A DNA stretch of 63,245 nucleotides, counting the filler, from Octopus bimaculoides (taxonomy: Eukaryota), in assembly GCF_001194135.2 (NCBI RefSeq). It is 5 parts of 5 records of this genome, joined end to end, with 100 filler letters (N's around TTAATTAATTAA, not from the genome) between each part and the next. Parts side by side here need not be neighbours in the genome. Positions count along the whole stretch, not along the records: positions 45,726 to 60,501 come from NC_068987.1; positions 60,602 to 63,245 come from NW_026430057.1; 3 more parts are not named here. The stretch is one strand, 5' to 3'. Shown here piece by piece: positions 50,099 to 62,560 of the stretch (position 1 is its first letter; each line of letters opens with the position of its first letter). The notes beneath the pieces are model-generated. The model was not told the DNA's origin and ran no database searches. It saw only the letters and a program-made list of their open reading frames with translations. The position numbers were made by a program, and so were the translations under genes.

Positions 50099-50289
50099 AT
50101 ACTGGAAATGTTGTCTGAATTTGACTTCCCAACCAAGAGGAAAATAAAACCATTTTCTGTTTAATATTGCTGTGCATGAATTATGAGGAGCCTCTCTATG
50201 AGCACTCTATCTGAAAGAAATAGTATCACTATTACCAAGGGTACCACAATCATCATTGTTAACACTGTCCATCACTGCCTTCGTTATCA

Positions 50290-51250
50290 CCTCCACTAAC
50301 ACCACCAACAGACACCACCACTAACTACTGCCACTAACAATACCACCAACTCTAACATCATCACCTCCACTAGCATCTCTACCACTAACAACAACAACAA
50401 AATCAATACCACCAACACGAGCATCGCAATCACCACCTCCGCCACCACTAACAACAACAACAACAACAACAACACTACTACCATGAACCTCACCACTAAC
50501 AATACCACCAATACCATTAACACTAACATCACCATCACCACCATTGCCATCAACACTCCACCATTAACAACAATACCACTACTGACACTAACAACACAAG
50601 CAACACTGCCAATGCCTCTACCGCCAGCACTACTTCCATTATTCTACTCTTCTTCAGCACAGCCATCATTGATTTCACTACCACCACCATCATCATCATC
50701 ATCATCATTATTCTCACAGCCTTCTACATCACCATTATCACCATCATTTTCATCATAGCCATCACTATTACAAACTCTGCCACCACCACCACCACCACCA
50801 CCACCACCACCATCATTGCCAGTATCATCCTTATTGCCAACACCACTACCGCCACCACCTCCGTTCACATAATTGCTACCATTAACCTCATCATAATATT
50901 ATCTCCTGTTTCCTCCTCTCACACACGTCCACATAATCGTCGTCATCATCATCATCATCATCTTCATAATCGAGTTTTGCCTCTAATATATAGATATTTA
51001 AATCTCTATTCAGTATCATTCTCTACCTCCACCTCCACCTCTCTCTCGCGCGCCCTCGCTCTCACTCTCTCTGCACTTCATAGAAAGTCAATTGTATGAA
51101 ATGAATTCATTTAGACAAACTAAAAAAAAATCTAAATAACAAAAACAACAATAATGGCCACAATGATGATGATGATGACGATGATGATCATAGTGGTAAC
51201 AAAAAGTTCCAACAACAACAACAACAACAACCACCACAACAACAAACGGC
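50290..51250. repeat. Degenerate (CAC/CAA/CAT) trinucleotide low-complexity tract
   Basis: Direct inspection; the ORFs here are low-complexity. Confidence 0.85.
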
Positions 51251-51394
51251 AACACAAAGAGGAACAAGAACAATTTAATACATATAATGATAGATAAATA
51301 GGGGACAGGGTTGGAAGGGAAATAGCTTTATGGAATAGAGTAAGAATGGTAGCGGCTCAATAGAACTGTTACATTTGGAATTCCATTATGTTTT

Positions 51395-51437
<43 letters not shown>

Positions 51438-51666
51438 TTTTAAATTTTTGTCTGTCTGTATGTCTATTGTGCATCCGTTCTCATTTCAGCCTTTACTTTG
51501 CTTTTTTCTTTCTTTCTTTCTTTCACTCAATTTACTCTTCTTGTGGGTTTTTTTCTGTTATTCTTCCTTATTCTCTTTCTCCTGGTTACTTTATTTCTTT
51601 ATTTAATAGATAGCTGTTCAATAAGTGTTACATTTACATCATATTTGGTCTCCACACATTAATCGG

Positions 51667-51701
<35 letters not shown>

Positions 51702-51967
51702 ACGCACACGCACACACACGCATGCATGCTTATGTACGAGAGAGAGCATGTATATTATGCAATATATTTAATGTATGTGTATATGTGTGTGTGTGTACAC
51801 AAACACACTATATCTATTGTGTAATATATACCTAATGCATGCATACATTATATTACTTTACATGCATATATATTATGCTTTATTGTCATATATTACACTA
51901 CATTATATATATCATTAAATTTATATTAAATACATACTAAATGTGTGCACATATTTTATATATATAG

Positions 51968-52114
51968 GCGCAGGGGTGGCTGTCTGGTAAGTAGCTTGCT
52001 TACCAGCCACATGGTCCCTGGTTCAGTTCCACTTCATAGCACCTTGGGCAAGTGTCCTCTACTATAGCCTCGGGCGGACCAAAGCCTTGTGAGTGGATTT
52101 GGTAGACGGAAACT
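51968..52114 (+). mobile_element. Family B SINE head, young copy running into the gap
   Basis: ggcgcaggggtggctgtctggtaagtagcttgc...gggttcagttcc...ccttgggcaagtgtc...ggatttggtagacggaaact. Confidence 0.85.
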
Positions 52115-52939
52115 NNNNNNNNNNNNNNNNNNNNNNNNNNNNNNNNNNNNNNNNNNNNNNNNNNNNNNNNNNNNNNNNNNNNNNNNNNNNNNNNNNNNNN
52201 NNNNNNNNNNNNNNNNNNNNNNNNNNNNNNNNNNNNNNNNNNNNNNNNNNNNNNNNNNNNNNNNNNNNNNNNNNNNNNNNNNNNNNNNNNNNNNNNNNNN
52301 NNNNNNNNNNNNNNNNNNNNNNNNNNNNNNNNNNNNNNNNNNNNNNNNNNNNNNNNNNNNNNNNNNNNNNNNNNNNNNNNNNNNNNNNNNNNNNNNNNNN
52401 NNNNNNNNNNNNNNNNNNNNNNNNNNNNNNNNNNNNNNNNNNNNNNNNNNNNNNNNNNNNNNNNNNNNNNNNNNNNNNNNNNNNNNNNNNNNNNNNNNNN
52501 NNNNNNNNNNNNNNNNNNNNNNNNNNNNNNNNNNNNNNNNNNNNNNNNNNNNNNNNNNNNNNNNNNNNNNNNNNNNNNNNNNNNNNNNNNNNNNNNNNNN
52601 NNNNNNNNNNNNNNNNNNNNNNNNNNNNNNNNNNNNNNNNNNNNNNNNNNNNNNNNNNNNNNNNNNNNNNNNNNNNNNNNNNNNNNNNNNNNNNNNNNNN
52701 NNNNNNNNNNNNNNNNNNNNNNNNNNNNNNNNNNNNNNNNNNNNNNNNNNNNNNNNNNNNNNNNNNNNNNNNNNNNNNNNNNNNNNNNNNNNNNNNNNNN
52801 NNNNNNNNNNNNNNNNNNNNNNNNNNNNNNNNNNNNNNNNNNNNNNNNNNNNNNNNNNNNNNNNNNNNNNNNNNNNNNNNNNNNNNNNNNNNNNNNNNNN
52901 NNNNNNNNNNNNNNNNNNNNNNNNNNNNNNNNNNNNNNT

Positions 52940-53235
52940 ATTCTATTGGTCCTTTTTGCCAAATTGTTAAGTTACAAGGATATTAACTCACCAACACCGG
53001 TTGTCAAGCAGTGGTAGGGAACAAACACAGACATAAAGACACACACACACACACAGATATATACACATATATACATGACAAGCTTCTTTCAGTTTCTGTC
53101 TACCAAATCCACTTACAAGGTTTTGGTTGGCCTGAGGCTATTGTAGAAGACATTTGCCCAAGGTGCCACGCGGTGGGACTGAACCTGGAACCATGTGTTT
53201 GGGAAGCAAGTTTCTTACCATGCAGCCACACCTGC
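52940..53235 (-). mobile_element. Family B SINE
   Basis: 3' half, (CA/TA) microsatellite and head, in reverse orientation. Confidence 0.8.
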
Positions 53236-54507
53236 AATTATTGTTAGAATATTTGGTCATGTATCTCCTGGAAAATATTTGAAGGTGTATCACTTGAAGA
53301 AATGACATTTTGTGAAAATATGTATTTGCATTATGTTACTTATAAAGTTACACAATTGTATTCATGTTTTGAATAAACATGTCATGGAAAAATGTGTAGT
53401 GATACCCTGAAATAGCCATTTGTCTTATTCTTTTTTTATTATATCATACCTTGGTATAGTGTGGACTGAGATCCCCATTGAGAGGTCCTTGATATTAGAT
53501 AAAGTGTTAACACTTGAGGTCTACAAATTAGTTGCCCAGTTTTCTGTAGCTAATGAAAGTGATGACACAGATCCGCTACTTATTTCTCTGAGATTAGTCA
53601 AATTGAATGTAAATACATCTGATGAGAACCTAAAAGGTTTGAAAATTGATTTAGGCTGTTCATTTTCAGTCTATGGAGAACCCATACCAGCATGGAAAAC
53701 AGACATTAAATGATGATGTTGATGATAAAGAAATAGCTATAGCTAAATCAACATTGTTTATATGTCTACAATATAGGTGATGCGTGTATGTATGTATGTA
53801 TATATATATATATATATGAATAAAAATTTTAAAAAATATAAAAACGGGTTTTGTATATTCGTGTATAGAGGAATATATTATTTAAAAGAGTTCCAACTCT
53901 GTCTGTTTTTTATGTTTTATTTATATTCTTATAAAATTAATGTGGGATATAGAATATGGAATATATAATATAAATAGTAAAATGAAATGAAGTATTGAAT
54001 GTCTTATTGAATATGTGAAATATTGAGTATTAAATATAGAGTCTTAGATATATAAGGACTAGTATACTTTCCTGCNNNNNNNNNNNNNNNNNNNNNNNNN
54101 NNNNNNNNNNNNNNNNNNNNNNNNNNNNNNNNNNNNNNNNNNNNNNNNNNNNNNNNNNNNNNNNNNNNNNNNNNNNNNNNNNNNNNNNNNNNNNNNNNNN
54201 NNNNNNNNNNNNNNNNNNNNNNNNNNNNNNNNNNNNNNNNNNNNNNNNNNNNNNNNNNNNNNNNNNNNNNNNNNNNNNNNNNNNNNNNNNNNNNNNNNNN
54301 NNNNNNNNNNNNNNNNNNNNNNNNNNNNNNNNNNNNNNNNNNNNNNNNNNNNNNNNNNNNNNNNNNNNNNNNNNNNNNNNNNNNNNNNNNNNNNNNNNNN
54401 NNNNNNNNNNNNNNNNNNNNNNNNNNNNNNNNNNNNNNNNNNNNNNNNNNNNNNNNNNNNNNNNNNNNNNNNNNNNNNNNNNNNNNNNNNNNNNNNNNNN
54501 NNNNNNN

Positions 54508-54546
<39 letters not shown>

Positions 54547-54667
54547 CTGTATCAGAGTTTTGGCAGTTTGACATACAAAGACCTGAGAAATATCTTTTTT
54601 GATGCCAACCTATGTGAAATGTGCTGGATAGAAACTGTTCAGAAGCTTGTTGTCATTATGTGTGTGT

Positions 54668-54865
54668 GTAAGGTGGTGAGCTGGTAGAATTGTTACTCTG
54701 CCAGGCAAAATGCCTAGCACCATTTCTTCTGGTTTCATGTTCTGAGTTCAAATTCAAACCAAGGTCTCCTTTCAGGGTCGATAAAATAAGTACTCTGTTG
54801 AATATCAGGGTTGATATAATCAACTAATCCTCTCCCTCAAATTCTCAGACCTTGTGCCTATAGAA
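54668..54865 (+). mobile_element. Family A SINE, heavily CpG-decayed
   Basis: ggtggtgagctggtagaattgtta...ctgagttcaaattc...gggtcgataaaataagtac. Confidence 0.75.
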
Positions 54866-55295
54866 GAAAGGATTGTGTGTGTATGTGTGTATCATGTTTT
54901 AATCTATGAGATTTTACCATGGCACCTGCTTGCAACCATTGCCTTTCCTTCTGTCAAATGCTGGGAATCACAAATTTCAGTATTGACAGGCATGCTCTCA
55001 CACTTGGAAGCATGGGAAAATGGATATAAAAATGTTGATCTTAATGATAACCTATGTATTTATTTAATGGGTTACGTATATGTACCAGTGCTTTATACCT
55101 ATCTGTATGTTGATATACTTATATCTAAGCAGACTTATATGGGTGTATATTTTTGTGAACATGTGTATTCTTGTGCATATACTTGTATACATGTGTGTAC
55201 GCATGTATGTTGATATGAATGTAAATGTATGCATGAGTGCTTGAATGTGTGTATGCACAGGTGCTTGTGTATATGGTGTATCACTGTGTTGGAAA

Positions 55296-55339
<44 letters not shown>

Positions 55340-56205
55340 TAAAATACTATGAGAGAGAGAGAAAAGAAAAATAAACGAGGGAATGAATATGCCTGGGTGA
55401 AGAATAAAATGAGGGGAGGAATAGACAAAAGGAGGAGGAGGAGGAGGACAGAGAGGGATGAATGCATGTGAGAGGGGTGAAGGGAAAGAGAATGAGCAGG
55501 AAAGGAGGTGGAGTGGGGTATAAGAAAAGTAAGAAGAAAGAGAGGGAGGGTTGTTAGAGAAGGAAAGAAAGAATGAGGAAGGAAAAAGAATAAGATGGAG
55601 AGATTGATAATAAATGTAACAGACTGAACCTTCCTCTATTAATGTGGATTGTGGTGAGAAGAGTGATTGAGAATGAGTGGTAGTAAGAGGAGAGACAATG
55701 AGAAGCATGGATATGAGAGAGAGAGAGAGGGAGCTGCAAATGGAGGAGGAGGAAGAAGAAGTGAAGCTGAAATATTGATTCTGAAGTCAAATAAATCTCT
55801 TCTCTAACCTACTTTGACTATTTCACTGAATTCTTTAGCTTTTACTCACTTCATTGCACTACTACTACTACCATCACCACTACTATTACTGTCACCACAA
55901 TTACCAACACCTGCACCACCACCACCACCACCACTACTGCTGCTACCACTGTTGTCACCAACTGCACTATCACCACCATTGTAGCTCCTACCACTACTCA
56001 CCCCCACCATCACCTCCTACTTGCCACTACCACACTCCATTCCTTATATTTCTTACTGTTACACATGCACTCCTTTATACTGCAGTTACTAACATTGCAC
56101 TCTGTACCACACTATCTATCTATCTATCTATCTATCTGTCTATCTATCTATCTATCTACATATGTGTGTATCTATCTATCTATCTGTATAAATACACACA
56201 CACAT

Positions 56206-56272
<67 letters not shown>

Positions 56273-57147
56273 NNNNNNNNNNNNNNNNNNNNNNNNNNNN
56301 NNNNNNNNNNNNNNNNNNNNNNNNNNNNNNNNNNNNNNNNNNNNNNNNNNNNNNNNNNNNNNNNNNNNNNNNNNNNNNNNNNNNNNNNNNNNNNNNNNNN
56401 NNNNNNNNNNNNNNNCACATATATATATACTCTCACTTCCTCTCTCTCTCTATCTCTCTTCTCTCTTCTACCTCTCTCTTTCTTCAAAATTTATATATCA
56501 AATGGATGTACACGTGCACATATGTGTTTGAACATACATGTTTGCGTCTTCATGTACATATACATGTATGCATAGATAGATATTTATATATATATGTGTG
56601 TGTGTGTGTTTATATTTGTTTGTATCTATGTGTGTATGTATGATTTAAGCAATATAATTTGAGAGTAAATGTATACTAAATTGATATTGCTATTTTTTCT
56701 GTTTTATTAATTTTTCTAGACTTGAATATCAAATTAACTCATTCGTTAATGAGCAAAGCTAGAATTACCTCACAAAAAAATGTGTGTATTAAATATCATT
56801 TGTAGTTAAATAAACAAAGTGAAAAGAATGTACTGCAAATGAAAGCGAAGTACGAGTGGGAGCAGGGATTTGATCTATGTTGTAGTGCACTGGGGTGGGG
56901 TTCTATGTTGGTGTAGCAATACATGAGAAGCTGATCATCTTCATGGTGACAATGGTTTCATGTTTAATAACCGGCAATTGACTCCATCAAATATTTCATG
57001 AAACACTTACATATATGCATGCATATATATGTAACTGTACAGGTGCAGTGGTATCACAAACAGGTTAACAGAGGAAACAGACTTTGTACATGGTAGATGT
57101 GCATGTACAATAAACAGTAATGACACACAGAAAAATGAATTTTCTCA

Positions 57148-57560
57148 AATGCCCAAATGGATCCTTCGTAGTAGTAGACAGCTTTTGTTACAAGTGTGAC
57201 CTAATTAGTACTGGGGAAGAATGATCTGAAAGTATAGTTGCTAGAATAAGAACAGACTGGAGAAAATTCAGAGAGCTATTTATTACCTATGTTGGTAAGA
57301 AAAAGTTTTCTCTCTTAGAATGAAAGGCAGAATATGATGCTTATGTGTGAAATGTAATGCTTACATGGTAGTGAGACATGGGTCTTGCATGCAGAAGACT
57401 AATGAAGGCTCGAAAGAAATGAAGCTAGCATGCTCTGCAGGGTTTGCAACATCAGTATGGATGAATACTGAAGTACAAGTAGAGTGAGAAAAGATGAGCA
57501 TTAGGGAAATTAAATGTAGTGTGCAAAAGAGAAAACTGCTTTGATATGGGCATGTCCCTT
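57148..57560 (+). mobile_element. Old RTE-clade LINE fragment
   Basis: Frameshifted VVDSFCY..DLIS, SIVARIRT.WRKFREL, HGSETW, RNEASML and SVQKRKL..YGHV. Confidence 0.7.
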
Positions 57561-57802
57561 AACCCCTTGGGGGTCATTGGGGCACTGCAGTCATTCAGTA
57601 TATCTTGAGTGAGAAAGCCTGGCAGAGCTCATCCTTCTCCAGGCTAAACTCATTTCTACAGCCAAGTGGACTGGAGCAATGTGAAATGAAGTGTTTTGCT
57701 CAAGAACACACTGCATCACCTGATCTAGGAATCAAAACCACAATCTTACAATCAAGATTTTAACACCCTAATCACTAAGCCACATGTCTCCAGGTTAGCT
57801 GT

Positions 57803-58625
57803 ACTTTCCACTGTCTGGTACGGCATCAGGGCATTTCCACTGTCTGGTATGGCATCTNNNNNNNNNNNNNNNNNNNNNNNNNNNNNNNNNNNNNNNNNNN
57901 NNNNNNNNNNNNNNNNNNNNNNNNNNNNNNNNNNNNNNNNNNNNNNNNNNNNNNNNNNNNNNNNNNNNNNNNNNNNNNNNNNNNNNNNNNNNNNNNNNNN
58001 NNNNNNNNNNNNNNNNNNNNNNNNNNNNNNNNNNNNNNNNNNNNNNNNNNNNNNNNNNNNNNNNNNNNNNNNNNNNNNNNNNNNNNNNNNNNNNNNNNNN
58101 NNNNNNNNNNNNNNNNNNNNNNNNNNNNNNNNNNNNNNNNNNNNNNNNNNNNNNNNNNNNNNNNNNNNNNNNNNNNNNNNNNNNNNNNNNNNNNNNNNNN
58201 NNNNNNNNNNNNNNNNNNNNNNNNNNNNNNNNNNNNNNNNNNNNNNNNNNNNNNNNNNNNNNNNNNNNNNNNNNNNNNNNNNACGGCAATGGGGCATTTC
58301 CACTGTCTGGTACGGCAATGGGGCATTTCCACTGTCTGGTACGGCAATGGGGCATTTCCACTCTATGGTAAGGCATCAGGGCATTTCCACTCTATGGTAA
58401 GGCATCAGGGCATTTCCACTCTCTGGTACGGCATCAGGGCATTTCCACTCTCTGGTACGGCATCAGGGCATTTTCACTGTCTGGTACGGCATCAGGGCAT
58501 TTCCACTGTCTGGTACGGCATCAGGGCATTTCCACTGTCTGGTATGGCATCTTGGCATTTCCACTCTCTGGTACGGCAATGGGGCATTTCCACTGTCTGG
58601 TACGGCATCAAGGCATTTCCACCTC
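57803..58625. repeat. 29-bp minisatellite (ggcatttccactgtctggtacggcatcag), spanning a gap
   Basis: More than 12 visible copies with a few variant positions. Confidence 0.95.
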
Positions 58626-58744
58626 CAGTAGTGCATTAGGGCATTATTATTATTCTTTTGATGTACTTTCTGTACTGTCAGTTTTCATCATCTCTTCTCT
58701 TACTTTTCCTCCAATTCTTATTTACCATTGACCACTCCGCTGCC

Positions 58745-59045
58745 CTTACTCTTTTACTTGTTTCAGTCATTTGACTGCGGCCATGCTGGATCACCGCCTT
58801 TTTAGTCGAGCAAATCAACCCCAGGACTTATTCTGTGGAAGCCTAGTACTTATTCTATCGAACTCTTTTGCCGAACTGTTAAGTTACGGGGGACGTAAAC
58901 ACACCAGCATCGGTTGTCAAGCGATGTTGGGGGGACAAACACAGACACAAACATACACACACATATACATATATATATATATATACATATATATGACGGG
59001 CTTCTTTCAGTTTCCGTCTACCAAATCCACTCACAAGGCTTTGGA
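58745..59045 (-). mobile_element. Family B SINE, young and 5'-truncated
   Basis: ttactcttttacttgtttcagtcatttgactgcggccatgc...cggttgtcaagcg...(TA)n gacgggcttctttcagtttccgtctacc. Confidence 0.85.
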
Positions 59046-59328
59046 ACCATCTGGGAAGCTACTTACCACACAGTTACCACTATATTCATCCCAGCTGTCA
59101 TCCCTAACCATCTCTCACTCTCCACGCACACACTCTTACAACTTCTGTTCACCTTCTTGTACATCCGCATCTGAGCACCACCATTTGAAAAATTTCTCAT
59201 TCTGGGTTATACCCCAATTGTCCACACCCACCTTTATATAATGCAATGTAGCCATGTATCTCCTTTACAACAAAAACCCTCTTCACATTTCCCTCGTACT
59301 TTAACCTCTCAACACCTAATATAAAACC

Positions 59329-59366
<38 letters not shown>

Positions 59367-60297
59367 NNNNNNNNNNNNNNNNNNNNNNNNNNNNNNNNNN
59401 NNNNNNNNNNNNNNNNNNNNNNNNNNNNNNNNNNNNNNNNNNNNNNNNNNNNNNNNNNNNNNNNNNNNNNNNNNNNNNNNNNNNNNNNNNNNNNNNNNNN
59501 NNNNNNNNNNNNNNNNNNNNNNNNNNNNNNNNNNNNNNNNNNNNNNNNNNNNNNNNNNNNNNNNNNNNNNNNNNNNNNNNNNNNNNNNNNNNNNNNNNNN
59601 NNNNNNNNNNNNNNNNNNNNNNNNNNNNNNNNNNNNNNNNNNNNNNNNNNNNNNNNNNNNNNNNNNNNNNNNNNNNNNNNNNNNNNNNNNNNNNNNNNNN
59701 NNNNNNNNNNNNNNNNNNNNNNNNNNNNNNNNNNNNNNNNNNNNNNNNNNNNNNNNNNNNNNNNNNNNNNNNNNNNNNNNNNNNNNNNNNNNNNNNNNNN
59801 NNNNNNNNNNNNNNNNNNNNNNNNNNNNNNNNNNNNNNNNNNNNNNNNNNNNNNNNNNNNNNNNNNNNNNNNNNNNNNNNNNNNNNNNNNNNNNNNNNNN
59901 NNNNNNNNNNNNNNNNNNNNNNNNNNNNNNNNNNNNNNNNNNNNNNNNNNNNNNNNNNNNNNNNNNNNNNNNNNNNNNNNNNNNNNNNNNNNNNNNNNNN
60001 NNNNNNNNNNNNNNTCTCTCTCTCCCGTCCGCTCTCTCTCCCTCCCGTCCTCTCTCTCTCCTGTCCTCTCTCTCTCCCGTCCTCTCTCCCCTCCCTCCCT
60101 CTCTCCTATACTATATTCCCACTCTGCTGGTCATTTAACTGTCTTTAAATATCTTAAATGATCAATTTTTAATTAGTAAATTAATCATTAAGAGTTTTCT
60201 GTCTGTTTTCTACTATTGTATAACCTCATATTTGTTCTTGCTGACCTGAGTATATTTATACGTAAGTTTGTATGTACGTATGTAATTGTACAAACGT

Positions 60298-60501
60298 ATG
60301 TTTGTATGTGAGTGTACAAATATATATTTGTATGTGAGTGTACAAATATATATTTGTATGTGAGTGTACAAATGTATATTTGTATGTATGTGAGTGTACA
60401 AATGTATATTTGTATGTATGTGAGTGTACAAATGTATATTTGTATGTATGTGAGTGTACAAATGTATATTTGTATGTATGTGAGTGTACAAATGTATATT
60501 T
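60298..60501. repeat. 26/30-bp minisatellite (gtat)gtatgtgagtgtacaaatgtatattt
   Basis: About seven tandem copies running into a gap. Confidence 0.9.
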
Positions 60502-60601
60502 NNNNNNNNNNNNNNNNNNNNNNNNNNNNNNNNNNNNNNNNNNNNTTAATTAATTAANNNNNNNNNNNNNNNNNNNNNNNNNNNNNNNNNNNNNNNNNNN
60601 N

Positions 60602-60765
60602 ATGCTTGCATGGGTTGGGCAGAATTTGTTGAGGTGGAGTTTTGTACAGCTGGTGCCCTTCCTGTTACTAACCCTCACCTGTTTCCATGTAGGTAATTTT
60701 ACCTATAACCAGACATGTTTACATGGGAGATTGGAAATGAAGGACACTGACTGCATACACACACA
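60602..60765 (-). mobile_element. SINE/LINE-tail fragment
   Basis: Begins atgcttgcatgggttggg, the reverse complement of the shared cccatgc.agcat tail region. Confidence 0.4.
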
Positions 60766-60774
60766 CGTATATAT

Positions 60775-60930
60775 GACAGGTTTCTTTCAGTTTCCATCTA
60801 CCACCACTCAGGACTTTCATCAACTCAGGGCTATAGTAGAAGACACTTGTCCAAGGTCCCTCACAGTGGGACTAAAGTTGAGACTATGTGGTTGGGAAGC
60901 AAACTTTTTAACCACACACCCACACCTGTG
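60775..60930 (-). mobile_element. Family B SINE head
   Basis: ttctttcagtttccatctacc...gctatagtagaagacacttgtccaagg...gggaagcaaac. Confidence 0.7.
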
Positions 60931-60946
60931 CCTATCCAAAAGAAAT

Positions 60947-60986
<40 letters not shown>

Positions 60987-60996
60987 NNNNNNNNNN

Positions 60997-61034
<38 letters not shown>

Positions 61035-61038
<4 letters not shown>

Positions 61039-61430
61039 GCTTGTGAAGACCTGTTGAGTCAAGTGAAATCATTGTCCTGGCTGATGCCAGTACCACGTGA
61101 TTGGCACCCATGCCTGTGGCACGTAGAAAGCATTTGAGCTTGGTCATTGCCAGTGCCACTTGATTAGCACCCGTGCCTGTGGCACATAAAAAGCACCATT
61201 CAAGAATGGTCGATGCTAGTACTGTCTGACTGGGCCCTTGTACTGATGGCATGTAAAAAGCACCCACTACACTCTTGAAATGGTTGACTTTAGGAAGGGC
61301 ATCCACCTTTAGAAACTTTGCCAGATCAGATTGGAACACCTGGTGCAGCCTTCTGGCTTGCTAGCCCTCAGTCAAACTATCCAACCCATTCCAGCATGGA
61401 AAGTGGACGTTAAACGACAACGATGATGAT
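61035..61430 (+). mobile_element. Truncated copy of the same RTE 3' UTR
   Basis: gcttgtgaagacctgttgagtcaagt start, three repeat units, and a ccagcatggaaagtggacgttaaacgac..gatgat tail. Confidence 0.75.
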
Positions 61431-61519
61431 ATATATACAAGTTGGCCATAAGAAGCTTCAAGTGTAGTGTNNNNNNNNNNGATGATGATATATATACAAG
61501 TTGGCCATAAGAAGCTTCA

Positions 61520-62560
61520 AGTGTAGTGTGCAAAACAGACGACTGCGCTTGTATGGTCATCTGTTACATATGGATAAGGACAGCTGTGTTAGGAAGTACC
61601 ACTCCCTAACTGTGGAAGGAACCTGTGGAAGAGGTAGACCNNNNNNNNNNCCCTAACTGTGGAAGGAACCTGTGGAAGAGGTAGACCCAAGAAGACATGG
61701 AATGAGATGGTGAAGCATGACCTTCGAACATTGGGCCTCACAGAGGCCATGATAGGAGACCGAGACCTTTGGAGATATGCTGTGACTGAGAAGACCTGGC
61801 AACTAAAATGAGATTGCAGCCGTGAATGTCCAGCCCATTTAAGGGTACCCCCAATGCATCTGGTGATATGGTATGCTTGAGAAGACCTGTTGAGTCAAGT
61901 AAAACCAATACTATAGCTGTCACCAGTGCCCCCTGACTGGCTCCTGTGCTGGTGGCATGTGAAAAGCACCATCCAAACATGGTCAATGCCAGGTCTGCCT
62001 CACTAGCAGTACCCACTGACTGGCTCCCATGCCAGTGGCACGTAAAATGCACTCTCAAATGGGATCAATGCCAGGACAGCCTGACTGGCCCCCCGTGCTA
62101 GTGGCACATAAAAAAGCACCATCCAAACATGGCCAATGCCAATACCCACTGACTAGCTCCCATGCTGGTGGCCCATAAAAAGCACCATTTGAACATGGTC
62201 GATGCCAGAACCCCTGACTGGTCCCCATGCCAGTGGCATGAAAAAAGTACTATCCAAACGTGATTGATGTCAAGCCCACCTGACTGGCTCCTGTGCTGGT
62301 GGCATGTAAAAAGTACCCACTACACGCTCTGAGTGGTTGGCGTTAGGAAGGGCATCCANNNNNNNNNNAAGTACCCACTACACGCTCTGAGTGGTTGGCG
62401 TTAGGAAGGGCATCCAGCAGTAAAAACATTGCCAGATGACAATGGAGTCTGGTGCAGCCGCTGGCTCTCCAGACTTCAGTCAAACCATCCAACCCATGCC
62501 NNNNNNNNNNACCCATGCCAGCATAGAAAATGGACGTTAAATGATAATGATGATGATGAT
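61520..62560 (+). mobile_element. RTE-clade LINE 3' end: ORF C-terminus, tandem-repeat 3' UTR and (GAT)n tail
   Basis: SVQNRRLRLYGHLLHM...GRGRPKKTWNEMVKHDL...DRDLWRYAV...*, followed by about six ctgactggc...gcacc units and a catgccagcat..gacgttaaatgatgatgat tail. Confidence 0.85.

Noticed and set aside
57795-58639. Repetitive ORFs and a superficially CRISPR-like 29-bp periodicity
   Set aside because: Head-to-tail minisatellite with no unique spacers, in eukaryotic context.
61420-62520. Short direct duplications flanking 10-N gaps (near 61471, 61641, 62360 and 62501)
   Set aside because: Overlapping contig ends at negative-size gaps; assembly artefact.
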